Assembly (NCBI GenBank): GCA_963699635.1
Contig: CAVOUQ010000018.1
Span: 192,579 to 256,578 of the forward strand
Source of the DNA: an uncultured Actinomycetes bacterium
GTDB lineage: Bacteria; Actinomycetota; UBA4738; HRBIN12
DNA length: 64,000 bases
Direction of reading: 5' to 3'
A model generated the notes under the pieces. It had not been told where the DNA came from, searched no databases, and worked only from the letters and a program-made list of their open reading frames with translations. Below are positions 48,315 to 59,626 of the stretch, in pieces. Every line of letters starts with the position of its first letter. The stretch's first letter is position 1. Both the position numbers and the translations under genes were made by a program.

Positions 48315-48752
48315 ATGGGTCAGGCGATCGGACAGATCCTGCCGATGGCGGTCGGGGTCGCCCGGCCTCACGAGGGCGACGAGGCCGCCTCCCCGAAGTG
48401 GATGGGAGCCATCGATTCGTTCGGCCCCGGGAAGGCGCTCGGCGCCGGCGTGCTCCTCGCCGGCGTGAATCCGAAGAACCCGCTGTTGTCGATCGGCGCG
48501 GCCGCGACCATCGCGCAGACGGGGATCTCGGGCACCCAGCAGGCGATCGCGTACGCGGTCTTCGCGCTGATCGGCACGCTCGGCGTGGGTTCGCCCGTGG
48601 TCCTGTTCTTCGCGCTCGGCGATCGGTCGCGGGAAAAGCTCGACAGCCTGAAGACGTGGATGTCGCAGAACAACGCCGTGATCATGGCGGTCCTGTGCCT
48701 CGTGATCGGCGCCAAGCTGATCGGGGACGGCATCAGCGGCCTGTCGACCTAG
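48315..48752 (+). pseudogene. GAP (Sap-like) family membrane protein with apparent internal deletion
   Basis: MGQAIGQILPMAVGVA jumps to PKWMGAID..NPKN..LKTWM..NN..IMAVL..IGDGI; the middle TM segments appear missing. Confidence 0.7.
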
Positions 48753-48769
48753 GACCGATTTGGCCCGAG

Positions 48770-50399
48770 CTACGCGAGGCCGGCGCGAACGGAGTCCACG
48801 AACATGACGGCGAGCACGACGACGGACGCCGCCGCGGCCACCGCGAGCGCGACCCGCCGAAGGCTCCACCGCTGGATCGACACGGGCTCGCGAGCCGGCG
48901 CGAGGTCCTTGAAACGCTGCAGGATCGGGCGCGGATCCTCCTTCAGCCGCTGCTGCACCTGTGTCGGGATGGCCAGGCCGACCGCCGACGCGAACCCCTC
49001 CGCGATCTCATCGGGGGTGAAGATCGTCGTCGCCCGCGCGTAGACGCGGTCGGGATCGGTCTGGAGCGCGAGGGTCATCATCATGTTGGCGAGGTCCACC
49101 GCCTGTCGCCAGGGCGTCGGGCGGACCTCCAGCCCCGAGACGTCAACGAGCTGGATGTGGCCGTCCTTCACCAGGAGGTTCGCCGGCTTGAGGTCGCGAT
49201 GCGCCAGGCCCGAGTCCCAGAACGTGCGGACGAGCCCGAGGCCCTCGTCGATCACGGTGTCGTCGATCTCGGAGTCGCCGAGATCCTTGGATCCCTCGAA
49301 GAACTCGGTCACGAGCATGTACTCGCGGTTCGGCGTGAGCTCGACGACGCCGTAGGACTTCGCGACCCGGACGTCGAGATCGTCGAGGAGCCGAAGCGCG
49401 TAGTCCTCGTACTCGACGAGCCGTCGAACGGACGCGAAGGGGACCTCGTCCTCGAGCTGTCCGTACATGAGGGTGCGCCCGATCCGATACCAGCGGTCGG
49501 CGCGGAGGTGGCTGGTGCTGTAGATCTTCGCGAACAGGTGACCGTCGAGCCCCTCGACCCGCATCCGCAGCGGCGAGGATCCCCCCGACCCCTCGAGCCC
49601 GAAGGCCTTCGCCTCGGTCACCGTGAACCCGAGCTGATCGGCCATCGCCTTCACGATCGCCCGGCCCCGCTCGCCGCCGAGGTCGAGGTGCGCCGCCTTC
49701 CCGCCGCGCGCGTACACGACCGGGAAGACGTGGTCGGGGACGAACACGGCGAACGCCGCCGCCGCGACCACCGGACCGAGGATCACGGAGTACGCGGCGT
49801 CGAACGGGTAGTCGGCGGCCAGCACGACCCTCGCGAGCGCGTACAGGGCCGCGACGAGCGCCGCCGCCCACAGGGCCGCGCGTCTCCTCGGCCCGGCGGG
49901 CACGAGGACGTAGGCCATGCCGGCCACCGTCACCGAGAGCGCCGCGACCGGACGTGACGGGAACCAGTAGGCGGCCCCGTCGGTGAGGGGCTCGACGCCG
50001 GCGGGAACCTCGCGCTGGACCCCGAGCAGTCGAAGGACCACCCAGTCGGACACGACGAACGTGGCGAGGAACACGACGAGGTGGCGCCAACGGTGGTAGA
50101 CGGCGAGCACGACGATCGTCCCCCAGCGAAGCGCGCTCACGACCACGACGCCGCCGATGACGTCCAAGGCCTTCGCGAGGTTCTCCGAGCCAGGATGGCA
50201 CGGCGTCCTGGAGGTCCCGAAGCGCCGACGCCCCCACGTCCTCGCCGACGCCCGCGTGGATCAGGATCGACACGACGACGCCGATCGCCAGCACCACGGC
50301 GAGGACGGCGACGGCGCGGCCCCAGCCGGGCCCCCTCGGCAACGGCGGGGGTTCGCCCGATGGCCGACGATGGCTCCGACGACGGACGCGCCCGTTCAC
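48770..50399 (-). CDS. Membrane protein with PAP2-like TM region and kinase-like domain (frameshift near 50180)
   Basis: RRPSGEPPPLPR N-terminus, WFPS, GSGGSSP, FAKIY, HRDLKPANLLV, LVD. Confidence 0.7.
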
Positions 50400-50415
50400 G
50401 CGCCCTCGCTCGCGC

Positions 50416-51060
50416 TCATCGCGTCGCGCCCCCTTCGGCGACCAGTGCGGCCGCGAGCCGGTGCGCTCGCACGGCTTCCACGATGAGCAGGGTCCCGCTC
50501 GCGAGGGACCACACGCAGACGGTGATGACCACGCCGGAGGATAGCGTGTCGTTGGCGATCAGCAGGCTGCCCGTGCCGATCTCCAGGCACCCCATGATGA
50601 GACCACCGACCGTCCAGCGCCGCCCCGTCCGACGCTCGAGCTCGAAGGCCCCCACCAGCCGGAGCGCGCCCATCGCGATCGCGGCGAACCCGAGGACGTT
50701 GATCAGCTGTACGGGGGTGATGACTCCGGACAGGGCTGCCCGGATGAGCACGAGCAGGGCCGCCGTGACGGCGACGACGCCGGCCACGATCGCGAGACGA
50801 AATCCCTTTCCCGGTCGCAAGACCAGCGCGAGGCGAATGGTCACGACGCCGCCGACGAGCCAGTACAGAGCCAGGAACGTGGCGATCCGCTCCGGAGACC
50901 CGCTCGCGAACAGCACGGACACGCCGAGCGCGATGGCGATCACCCCCCGAGCGACGCCGATCCACCAGAAGCGAGCGACCCGCGGCGCCAGCTCGCGGAT
51001 GCGCCTCGATACAGGCGTCTCGCCCGGATTGCCGTTCGCCATCGAGCCGGTCTCGGTCAC
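50416..51060 (-). CDS. HdeD/DUF308-like membrane protein
   Basis: FWWIGVARGVIAIALG and six hydrophobic segments. Confidence 0.65.
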   Translation of the reverse strand: MTETGSMANGNPGETPVSRRIRELAPRVARFWWIGVARGVIAIALGVSVLFASGSPERIATFLALYWLVGGVVTIRLALVLRPGKGFRLAIVAGVVAVTAALLVLIRAALSGVITPVQLINVLGFAAIAMGALRLVGAFELERRTGRRWTVGGLIMGCLEIGTGSLLIANDTLSSGVVITVCVWSLASGTLLIVEAVRAHRLAAALVAEGGATR

Positions 51061-51340
51061 GATGCCTCAGGTGGTGCCCGTCGAGCGTCTCGAGCATGGC
51101 CGCGAGCGGGTCACGCTTCACTGCCAGGGATACTCTCATGGCCGGTAGCCCGATCGAACGCGTTCACGACCTCCACCACGGTCAGGGGAGAAGTATTCAG
51201 CCGTGGTGCGCCCCTCGTGGCCCACTTGCCCCGCCACACGAAGCCCTCGATTTTCATCCGTTGCGGGTGAGGACGCCGGAGGCACGGTGGCGGACGATGT
51301 GTGAGAATCCGGTCTCCGCCGGGCGAGGAGAGGAACGACG

Positions 51341-52126
51341 ATGACCACTGACATCAAGCAGTCCCCCCCGCGTCGACTGACCGACGAACAGCTGGAACAT
51401 CTGCTCGCGCTCGTGAAGGATTCGGACAGCGTCGAGCTGAAGCTGACCGTGCCCGACGCGGATCAGCGGTCGGCCGTGGCGGCCCTCGGGATCGACCCCC
51501 TCGACGCGCAGATCCGGCAGGTGTTCTTCTTCGACACACCGGACCTCACCCTCAATCAGCAGGGCATCGTTCCGCGGGCCCGGCGGGTCCAGGGCAAGGG
51601 CGACGACTCGACGGTGAAGCTCCGGCCAGTCGTCCCGTCCGAGCTGCCCGCCGGAGTTCGCAACTCCCCCAACCTCGGCGTCGAGGTGGACGCCATGCCG
51701 GGGGGGTACGTGTGCTCGGCGTCGATGAAGGGCGTGCCGGGCACGGACGTCCGGCAGATCACCCTGGCCGGCGGGCCGATCAGCAAGCTGTTCTCGAAGG
51801 AACAACGCGCCTTCTACAAGACCAATGCGCCGGAGGGCATCGGCCTGGACGACCTCTCGATCCTTGGCCCGATCAACGTGTTCAAGCTGAAGTTCAGGCC
51901 GGAGGGGTACGAGGGCAAACTGGTCGCCGAGCTCTGGATGTATCCGGACAACACCCGAATCCTCGAACTCTCGACGAAGTGCGTGCCGAGCGAGGGCATC
52001 CGTGTCGCGGTCGAGACGAGGCTGTTCCTCACGAAGCGGGGCATCGACCTCTCCGGCGAGCAGCAGACGAAGACGAGCACGGCCCTCGAGTACTTCGCCA
52101 AGCAGCTGACCGCGACGAAGCCGTAG
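51341..52126 (+). CDS. CYTH-like domain protein
   Basis: DSVELKLTV, VFFFDTPDL, RARR, DSTVKLRP, ILELSTK, QQTKT. Confidence 0.7.
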   Translation: MTTDIKQSPPRRLTDEQLEHLLALVKDSDSVELKLTVPDADQRSAVAALGIDPLDAQIRQVFFFDTPDLTLNQQGIVPRARRVQGKGDDSTVKLRPVVPSELPAGVRNSPNLGVEVDAMPGGYVCSASMKGVPGTDVRQITLAGGPISKLFSKEQRAFYKTNAPEGIGLDDLSILGPINVFKLKFRPEGYEGKLVAELWMYPDNTRILELSTKCVPSEGIRVAVETRLFLTKRGIDLSGEQQTKTSTALEYFAKQLTATKP

Positions 52127-52135
52127 CTGGGATCG

Positions 52136-52489
52136 TTACTTCGCGGAGCGTGGGCCACGACGCCACGGCACCACGCCCTCGAGCTCGATCTCGAGCGAGA
52201 AGCTGAGGAACGTCCGCACGAGCACGACCACTCCGAGCGTCAGCGCGCTCTCGACCGTCGACTCCACGGTCACCGTGAGCACGATGTCGGCGATGATCAG
52301 GACCTCGAGCCCGAGCAGGACCGCGCGGCCAACGCCCTGACGGACGCGCTCATAGGCGCCCGCGCGATCGCCGCGCGCGAGGGCGAGCAGATAGCCGGCG
52401 AGCGCGACAACCGACCCGATGACGAGGATCGTCACGCCCGCGATCTCGAAGCCGTGGACGATCTGCTCCATCACCTCGTCGAAGGTCAT
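52136..52489 (-). CDS. DUF1622 family protein
   Basis: GRAVLLGLEVLIIADIVLTV, VRTFLSFSLEIELEG..PW. Confidence 0.9.
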   Translation of the reverse strand: MTFDEVMEQIVHGFEIAGVTILVIGSVVALAGYLLALARGDRAGAYERVRQGVGRAVLLGLEVLIIADIVLTVTVESTVESALTLGVVVLVRTFLSFSLEIELEGVVPWRRGPRSAK

Positions 52490-52591
52490 GGCATCACGCG
52501 GCCGGCAGCTGGAGCGGCCCCCTCGTCGTGACTCCTATCTCCTCACTCGGTTCGGTGCAAGTCGGTGGACGCGGCGACGCTCACCCGTCGT

Positions 52592-53613
52592 CTACGGGGA
52601 CTCGACTGAGGTTTCCGGCGATGCGTCGCCCCCCACGGGTTGCCGTGAGTGCCAGAGCTCGGCGTTCAGCGCCATGGCCGCCACCACGAGGCGACCGATG
52701 ACGAAGAGCCAGACCATGAACACGGTGGCGATCCCGATCGCGCCGTAGAGATCGTCCACCCGCTCCAGCCGCCCCGCGAAGTACACCGAGGTCGCGATCC
52801 GCAGCAGCTGAAGGCCGACCGCATCGAACGCCGCGCCGGGCAGGAACGCGCTCCACCGCAGGCCCTCCGGGTGCGGCAGCCACGCGAGGGCCCACACGAA
52901 GAACGGCGTCAGCGCGACGGGGGTGAGGATCCAGACGACGAGGTCCGCGAGGAACGGTCCGGAGTACAACGGCCGCAACAGGATCGGCAGGGCGAGGAAC
53001 CCGAGCATGATCCCCGAGTACGCGGCGGAGACGCGGACGGAGTGCGTCAATGGCCCGGGCGGATCTGCCACGCCACGCCGGCGAGGAGGCGGAGCGCCTT
53101 CACAACTGCCTTCCCGGCCCAGAGCAGCGCCCAGAGCCCGATGAGCAGCACGACGATCGACCCACGGCCGGTGTCGTTGCCGGCGTGGGCGATGGCGATC
53201 GTGAGGGCGGCCGGAAGGCCGGCGTTCTTGGCCACCTCGTCGGTCGTCCACGAGGAGAGATCGGCGATCAGGCCGACGGCGCTGGCGACGACGAGCCCCA
53301 TCGGGACGAGCCACAGGAAGAGCCGGTAGGCGAGCCCGCCGGCGAGCAACGCTCCCGCGTGGCTCCGGTCGCGCTCATAGGCCTCGAACGCCAGCTGCAC
53401 GCTCCGGTTGCGAGCCCGAAGCTTCTCCGCCTCCCGCTCGAGCGTTCGACGGGTCTCGTCCGCACGCGCCCGGAGGGCCTCACTGCGCTCGTGCAACGAA
53501 GGCGAACGCTCGTCGACCTGGGGCGTGGACGTCGGTGGTTCGGCGTCGGATCCCGACACGGCAGCATCGTCCCCGGCCGCCGTGGCTGGAAGATCGTCAT
53601 GACGCGGTGACAT
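52592..53613 (-). CDS. YihY/BrkB-like membrane protein (frameshift near 53060)
   Basis: AGGLAYRLFLWLVP, FLPGA, LYGAIGIA..WLF..GRL..ALNA. Confidence 0.75.
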
Positions 53614-53649
53614 TGCGTTGCCCGAAGGATACTGCGACCCTCAGCCGCC

Positions 53650-54708
53650 ATGAGCTCGTCCGCAGGCGAGGGCTCCGAGCCTCCTCTCCCGCGCGCCGAC
53701 GGCGGCGGCACGCCGTCGGGCCGCCGCGGCTCTCTGCGCGGACGACTGATCGCGCTGGCGATCACGGCGATCGGCTTCTACGTCGTCTGGCCGGCGCTCC
53801 TGGAGACGGCTCAGGCGTGGCCGGATCTCGCGACGATCGACGTCCCGTGGTTCGCCACGATGATCGCGCTCGAGGTGGGAAGCTTCCTCTGCGTCTGGTC
53901 GGTGCTCGCGATCTCGCTCCGGAGCCGTCGTTGGTTCCTGATCGCGTCGTCGCAGCTGGCGAGCAACGCGGCCAGCCGGGTCATCCCCGGTGGCGCGGCG
54001 ACGGGCGGGGTTGTCCAGTACCGGTTGCTCACGCAGGCCGGACTCGACGGCGCGACGGCCGCGACGGGTCTTACCGCGGCATCGATCGTCATCACGGCGG
54101 TGTTGTTCGCGATGCCGCTGTTCACGCTGCCGGTGATCCTGGGAGGCGCGCCGACCCCGGACGATCTCACCAACGCCGCGTGGCTCGGCCTGACGGCGTT
54201 CGTCGTGCTCGCCCTCGGCACCGCGGGATTGATCGTGACGGACCGACCGCTCGCCGCCATCGGGCGCACGGTCGACCGAGTCCGAAACGCGAGGCAGCGT
54301 CGCAAGGGTCGCCCCCAGAGGCACGACCTTCCCGATCGCCTGCGGGGCCAGCGAGACCAGATGCTCAGGACACTCGGCTCGCGGTGGTGGCAGGCCCTCC
54401 TCGGCGCGGTGGGGAAGTGGACGCTCGATTACCTTGCGCTGTTGACGGCACTCGCGGCCGTCGGAGCAAGGCCCCGACCGTCGCTGGTGATGCTCGCCTA
54501 CCTCGCGGGCTCGATCCTCGGGATGATCCCGATCACGCCGGGCGGTCTCGGGTTCGTCGAGGCCGGACTCACCAGCATGCTGGTGCTCGCCGGCGTACCC
54601 GCCGGGGCGGCCAGCGTCGCCGTGCTCGCGTATCGGTTGGTGTCGTACTGGCTCCCGCTTGCGGCCGGGGCGGTCGCGGCGCTCGCCTATCGAAGGCGGT
54701 ACTCGTGA
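53650..54708 (+). CDS. LPG synthase TM / flippase-like (UPF0104) protein
   Basis: RVIPGG, PITPGGLGFVEAGL, AYRLVSYWLP. Confidence 0.88.
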   Translation: MSSSAGEGSEPPLPRADGGGTPSGRRGSLRGRLIALAITAIGFYVVWPALLETAQAWPDLATIDVPWFATMIALEVGSFLCVWSVLAISLRSRRWFLIASSQLASNAASRVIPGGAATGGVVQYRLLTQAGLDGATAATGLTAASIVITAVLFAMPLFTLPVILGGAPTPDDLTNAAWLGLTAFVVLALGTAGLIVTDRPLAAIGRTVDRVRNARQRRKGRPQRHDLPDRLRGQRDQMLRTLGSRWWQALLGAVGKWTLDYLALLTALAAVGARPRPSLVMLAYLAGSILGMIPITPGGLGFVEAGLTSMLVLAGVPAGAASVAVLAYRLVSYWLPLAAGAVAALAYRRRYS

Positions 54709-54735
54709 GCGTCTGAATCGCGAGGAGGCTCGAAC

Positions 54736-54998
54736 CTACGCCCGCGAACGCTCCACGGACCGCGCCGACGATCGCGACGATCAGGACGGCGCCGACGATC
54801 GAGCCGATGATCCCGCTGGGACGAATCTCGAGGCCGTCGCCTGCGATCAGGCTAGCCGAGGAGGCCACCGACGAGCGAACCGCCCAGGCCGCTGATGAGT
54901 GCGAGCCCCCAGTCGATGTTGCGTCCGCCGCGCCCGAGCAGCAGCTGCGCGATCCATCCGATCGCCATGCCGAAGACGATGATCGCGAGGATCAGCAC
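54736..54998 (-). CDS. GlsB/YeaQ/YmgE family membrane protein (frameshifted; 3' end approximate)
   Basis: FGMAIGWIAQLLLG..GSLVGGLL / SLIAGDGLEIRPSGIIGSIVGAV. Confidence 0.7.
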
Positions 54999-56332
54999 GT
55001 CGAATCCGTCGTTCGCACGGCGCTCACGTTACACCACGCGACAACCGTCGGCGGGAAGGCCTCGAGCCAGCCGGCGACCGTCGCGACACCGCCCCACTCG
55101 ATGGTCCTGAGATACTGGCCCGCAACCCACCGCGTGGCCGTCTCCAGCTCCCCCGCCGCGATCGCGTGGCGGATCGCCGCTCCGGTGTGCCCCGCCGCCG
55201 CGAGCCACTCCGCTGCACGACGATGGAGCTCGGGCGCGAGGCGAGGTTCTCGCCGCTCGAGCTCGTCCTGCAACAGATCCGCGAACAGCCGGTGATAGCG
55301 GTACCAGGCTCGTCGATCGTCGAGCGGCACGAGGAACAGGTTCGCCCGCTCGAGCTCCGCCAACAGCTCGGCGGATCCTTCGCGCTCGACGACGAAGTCG
55401 CACAGGGGTCCGCTCATGCTCTCCAGGATCGAAGTCCGGAGGAGGAACTCGCGAGTACCGACATCCAGGGCCGACACCACGACCTCCCGCAGGTAATCGA
55501 CCACGTGACGGCTGGAGCCGTGGAAGTCGCGGACGAATCGCTCCCGGTCCGCCGCGTCGCGCAGCGAGAGGTAGGCGAGATAGAGGCCCGCGGGCCATCC
55601 CTCCGTTCGTTCCTGCAGCACGGCGATCGCCTCCGCCGAGAGGCCGAGTCCGAGGGTCCCGTTCAGGAACAGGTCCGCCTCTTCCTCGGTGAAGCTGAGA
55701 TCGGCCGCACGCAGCTCGAGAAAGTCAGGCCCCGCCCGCAATCGTGCGATGGAAAGTGGCGGGTCCGAACGCGCCGAGACGACGAGCGTGATGTTCGGCG
55801 GCTTTCGATCGAGGAACAGCTCCAATGACTCGTGGCACGTCGCATTGCTGATCGACTGATAGTCCTCGAGGACAAGGACAAGGCTGGCCTGAAGGGCCTC
55901 GAGCTCGTTGAGCAATCCCGGGACCACGGCCCGAGCGACGTCGGTGCCAGGCACACGGAAGGCCGCTTCGACCGCCTGGCCGAACTTGGGCGCGACGGTC
56001 CGGATGGCCCAGGTGATGTAGCTCCACAGGAGCACGGGATCGTTGTCGGCGGCATCGAGCGATACCCATGCGAAGGGTTGCTCTCCGAGCCGTTGCCACT
56101 GGCCGAGGAGGGTGGTCTTCCCGAACCCAGGCGGACCAACCAGGAGGACCGTCCCTCGATGAGACCGGAGGCGATCCAGCAATTCCCTGCGCTCCACGGA
56201 TTCCGCCCTGAGGAGCGGGGCGTGGAGCTTGGACCCCATGGCGGAAGAAGGCGGAGCGGGCGGCTCCTTGGGGGCGTCCAGCTCATGCTCACGGGCCTCG
56301 ACCACCGACGTCACGGCGGCCAAGTCTGACAT
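54992..56332 (-). pseudogene. MalT-like LuxR regulator truncated before the C-terminal sensor/HTH region
   Basis: GPPGFGKTTLL, RTEGWPAGL, YRYHRLF; ends at ~446 aa with no LuxR HTH. Confidence 0.8.
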
Positions 56333-56473
56333 GTTGCACCCGATGGCAACAACGCGGGGTTGCGGCGCCGAGGACGTCGCCCTGAGTCGGGTTCATCCGG
56401 ATGAACCTTCGAGCCGGGCGATGAATGGCGGAGTCGCAACCGGGCACAATCGCGGCCGTATCGGAGCGTTGCG

Positions 56474-56734
56474 ATGGGGAGGGGAGGAGCCGTCCGGTAT
56501 CGGATCGTGATCAAAGGGGAGATCACCACGTCCTTCGTGGGGCCGCTCGCTGGGATGGAGGTGGAGTCTGCCGGAGAAGAGTCCACGCTCGTGATCGACA
56601 TCGTCGATCAGAGCCACCTCCGGGGCGTCATCAGCTCGCTCTCAGATCGCGGCATCAAGATCGTCGGCCTCGCGGCCGACCTCCGCGAGAGGTCGACCGG
56701 GACCGGATCCGAGGCGCCCACTGGGACGGGATGA
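56474..56734 (+). CDS. Small ACT-like hypothetical protein
   Basis: YRIVIKG..FVG..GM.V....TL...DQSHLRGVI..L...GI.I, a pattern I recall beside MalT-like regulators. Confidence 0.6.
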   Translation: MGRGGAVRYRIVIKGEITTSFVGPLAGMEVESAGEESTLVIDIVDQSHLRGVISSLSDRGIKIVGLAADLRERSTGTGSEAPTGTG

Positions 56735-56747
56735 ACGGGTGCCCGAT

Positions 56748-57225
56748 TGTTCACACGGCGGTCGGTGGCCCCAAATTGACCCGCTCGTCTGGGGGGAGGT
56801 ACGGTGATCCTGCGGACTTCAGACTCTCGGCCCGCTACGCGGTGGTGATCTGCACTCTACGGAGCCCAAAGACCCGCTCCTGACCGGAGATGGTCGCGGT
56901 CGTGCCCTCAGTCGTCCGGGTCTCGAGGGTTTGCCCCTTGCCCAGAGACGAGACCGCGTACGACAAGAGAGCGGGAGGCTTGTGACATGTTCACAAACAC
57001 CCGGCGGTCTCAAATTGACCCCCTCGTCTTGGGGAGGATACGGTGATCGTGTGGGCCCTAGGATCTCGGCCCCGCTGCGGGCCTGTGATCGGCGTCCACA
57101 AGGAGCCCAGCGACCCGCTCCTGACGGGGTGATGGTTGTGCCTCCGTCGTCTGGTCGCGAGGTTTCGCAGCTTGCGCCCAGACGAGACTCTGGGTGCACG
57201 ACAGGAGAGCGGGAGACTCGTGACG
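56748..57225 (+). repeat. Tandem diverged ~240-bp duplication of promoter plus leader
   Basis: Copies start at 56748 and 56988; shared blocks tgttcaca, caaattgaccc, tacggtgatc, ggagccca, gacccgctcctgac, agacgagac, gagagcgggag..gtgac. Confidence 0.9.
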
Positions 57226-59496
57226 CAAGCGACGAACAGGATCTCGACGACCGGCCGCCGAGGGCGAGTCGGGACCCGTCCGCTCCGACCGGCCCTCGAG
57301 CTGCTCGAATCGAAGATCACCCCGCCGTTCGCTCGGCCGGGGATCGTCGACCACGTCTCGCTCGTTGCCCGTCTCTGCTGCTCTGGCGCACCCGTCGTGA
57401 GCATCGCCGCGCCGCCGGGCTATGGAAAGACGACGCTGCTTGCTCAGTGGGCCGAGCGGGATCCCAGGCCGTTCGCGTGGATCTCGTTTGACGACCACGA
57501 CAACGATCCCGCGGTCCTGCTGAGGTATGTCGCCGCCGCCCTCGACCAGCTGCGGCCGGTCGAGGGCGCACCGCTCGCCGCGTCCATCCTCGCCAACCGC
57601 TTCTCCGTTCGGGATGCCATCCCGAGGTTGGCATCGGCGATGGCATCGATGCCACCGTTCGTGCTGGCGCTGGACGACGTGCATCGGCTCGACGATCGAG
57701 CGAGCCTCGACGCGATCGAGAGGTTGACCAGGCACGTTCCTCGAGGATCGACGTTCGCGTTCGCGGGCCGGCGCGATCCGCCGGTCCCGACGGCACGCCT
57801 TCGCGGCCTGGGCGAGATGGTGGAGATCGATGCCGGCGACCTCGCGCTGGACGACGATCAAGCGCGCGACCTCCTGCGAGGCGAGGGGCTCGACCTGACC
57901 GACGCGACGGTGGCCGCGCTGCGCGAGCGGACGGAGGGCTGGCCCGTCGCCCTGCATCTCGCCGCCCTGTGGGTGAAGGAGGAGGCTCTCGGCGAGCCGT
58001 CGGGGTTCAAGGGCGACGATCGGCTGATGGCCGACTACCTGCGTTTCGAGGTCCTCTCACGGCTGTCGCAGAAAGACGTGGCGTTCCTGACCCGCACGTC
58101 CGTGCTCGACGAGCTGAGCGGGCCGCTGTGCGACGCGATCCTGAAGACCAAAGGCGCCGGGCAAGTCCTCGAGGACCTCGAACGCTCCAATTGCCTGCTG
58201 TTCCCGCTGGATCGGAACCGGGAGTCGTATCGGTACCATCACCTGTTCCGCGAGCTGCTGCGGGCCGAGCTCGAACGGCGCGAGGCGCATCGCGTCCCCG
58301 AGCTCCTCCGTCTCGCCGCGGACTGGTGCGAGGCGAACGGGCGGCCCGAGGCGGCGATCCGCTACGCGCAGGCCAACGACGACGTGGACCGAGTCGCGAA
58401 CCTCGTCACGATCAACGGGCAACCCCTCGTCCAGCAGGGGCGCGCGGCGACCGTCGAGGGGTGGCTCGAATGGCTGGAGCGGTGCGGCGCGATCGAGCGG
58501 CATGCGCCCGCGGCGATCCTCGGGGTGTGGGTGCACGCGTTGCAGGGACGTCCGGCCGAGGCCGAGCGCTGGGCCGACAAGCTCACCGGTGCCTCGCTCG
58601 AGGGTCCCCTGCCCGACGGCAGCCTGTCGCTCGAGCCCTGGCTCGCGATGACGCACGGGATGCTCTGCCGCGACGGCGTCGAGCGGTTGCGGGCGAACGC
58701 GCAGCTCGCGCTCCGGACCCTCGGCGCCAGGAGTGCACTCCGACCGCAGGCCATGCTGCTTCTCGGGTTGGCGCTGCTCCTGAGCGGGAAGGTGGAAGAG
58801 GCCGACGACGTGATGGCCGATGCCATCGAGGAGGCCGAGTGGTTCGGGGCGACGAACACGCTCGTCTTGGCGCTCTCCGAGCGCGCCGTCCTCGCCATCG
58901 AGCGAGATGACTGGGAGCGGGCAGAGACGTTCCTCGATCGCGCATCCGAGATCCGGGAGGGATCCGGGCTCGACGGGTACGTGACGAGCGCGCTCGGGCA
59001 CGCCGCGTCGAGTCGTGTGGCGGCGCATCGAGGAGACCGGGAGCGGGCGCGAGCGGAGCTGGGCCGGGCGCAGCGACTCCGCCCCTTGCTCACCCACGCG
59101 ATCCCGCATCTCGCCGTGCAGACGCTGCTCGCAATGACCCGTGTCCACATGACGCTCGCGGACGCCGCGGGAGCGAGGACGCTCCTCTGGGAGATCGACC
59201 AGGTGCTCAGGCGGCGACCGGGACTGGGAACCCTGCCGGCCCAGGCCGAGGATCTCCGCGCGCAACTGGAGGCGTTCCGTGCCGGGACGCCGGGGGTCTC
59301 CACCCTCACGACGGCGGAGCTCCGGCTTCTCCCGCATCTGCGCACGCACCTCTCCTTCCGCGAGATCGGCGAGCTGCTGCACGTGTCGCCCCACACCGTG
59401 AAGACCCAGGCGATCTCGATCTACCGAAAGCTCGGCGTCACCTCGCGCAGTGGCGCGATCGAACGCGCGCTGGATCTCGGGTTGCTCGACCCCTAG
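57220..59496 (+). CDS. MalT-like ATP-dependent LuxR-family regulator
   Basis: APPGYGKTTLL, RTEGWP, YRYHHLF, C-terminal LTTAELRLL..SFREIG..VSPHTVKTQAISIYRKLG. Confidence 0.95.
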   Translation: MTQATNRISTTGRRGRVGTRPLRPALELLESKITPPFARPGIVDHVSLVARLCCSGAPVVSIAAPPGYGKTTLLAQWAERDPRPFAWISFDDHDNDPAVLLRYVAAALDQLRPVEGAPLAASILANRFSVRDAIPRLASAMASMPPFVLALDDVHRLDDRASLDAIERLTRHVPRGSTFAFAGRRDPPVPTARLRGLGEMVEIDAGDLALDDDQARDLLRGEGLDLTDATVAALRERTEGWPVALHLAALWVKEEALGEPSGFKGDDRLMADYLRFEVLSRLSQKDVAFLTRTSVLDELSGPLCDAILKTKGAGQVLEDLERSNCLLFPLDRNRESYRYHHLFRELLRAELERREAHRVPELLRLAADWCEANGRPEAAIRYAQANDDVDRVANLVTINGQPLVQQGRAATVEGWLEWLERCGAIERHAPAAILGVWVHALQGRPAEAERWADKLTGASLEGPLPDGSLSLEPWLAMTHGMLCRDGVERLRANAQLALRTLGARSALRPQAMLLLGLALLLSGKVEEADDVMADAIEEAEWFGATNTLVLALSERAVLAIERDDWERAETFLDRASEIREGSGLDGYVTSALGHAASSRVAAHRGDRERARAELGRAQRLRPLLTHAIPHLAVQTLLAMTRVHMTLADAAGARTLLWEIDQVLRRRPGLGTLPAQAEDLRAQLEAFRAGTPGVSTLTTAELRLLPHLRTHLSFREIGELLHVSPHTVKTQAISIYRKLGVTSRSGAIERALDLGLLDP

Positions 59497-59626
59497 GGCG
59501 CACCACGAGTTTCATGCCGTCTGGATGATGCGCTCGCGCCTCGCGGGGTGTGACATGAGGCATCATCGCGAGCCGGCGTCACGCCGGTCATCTCGGTGCT
59601 CGGAAGGCCACTGGCGGGAGACGATC

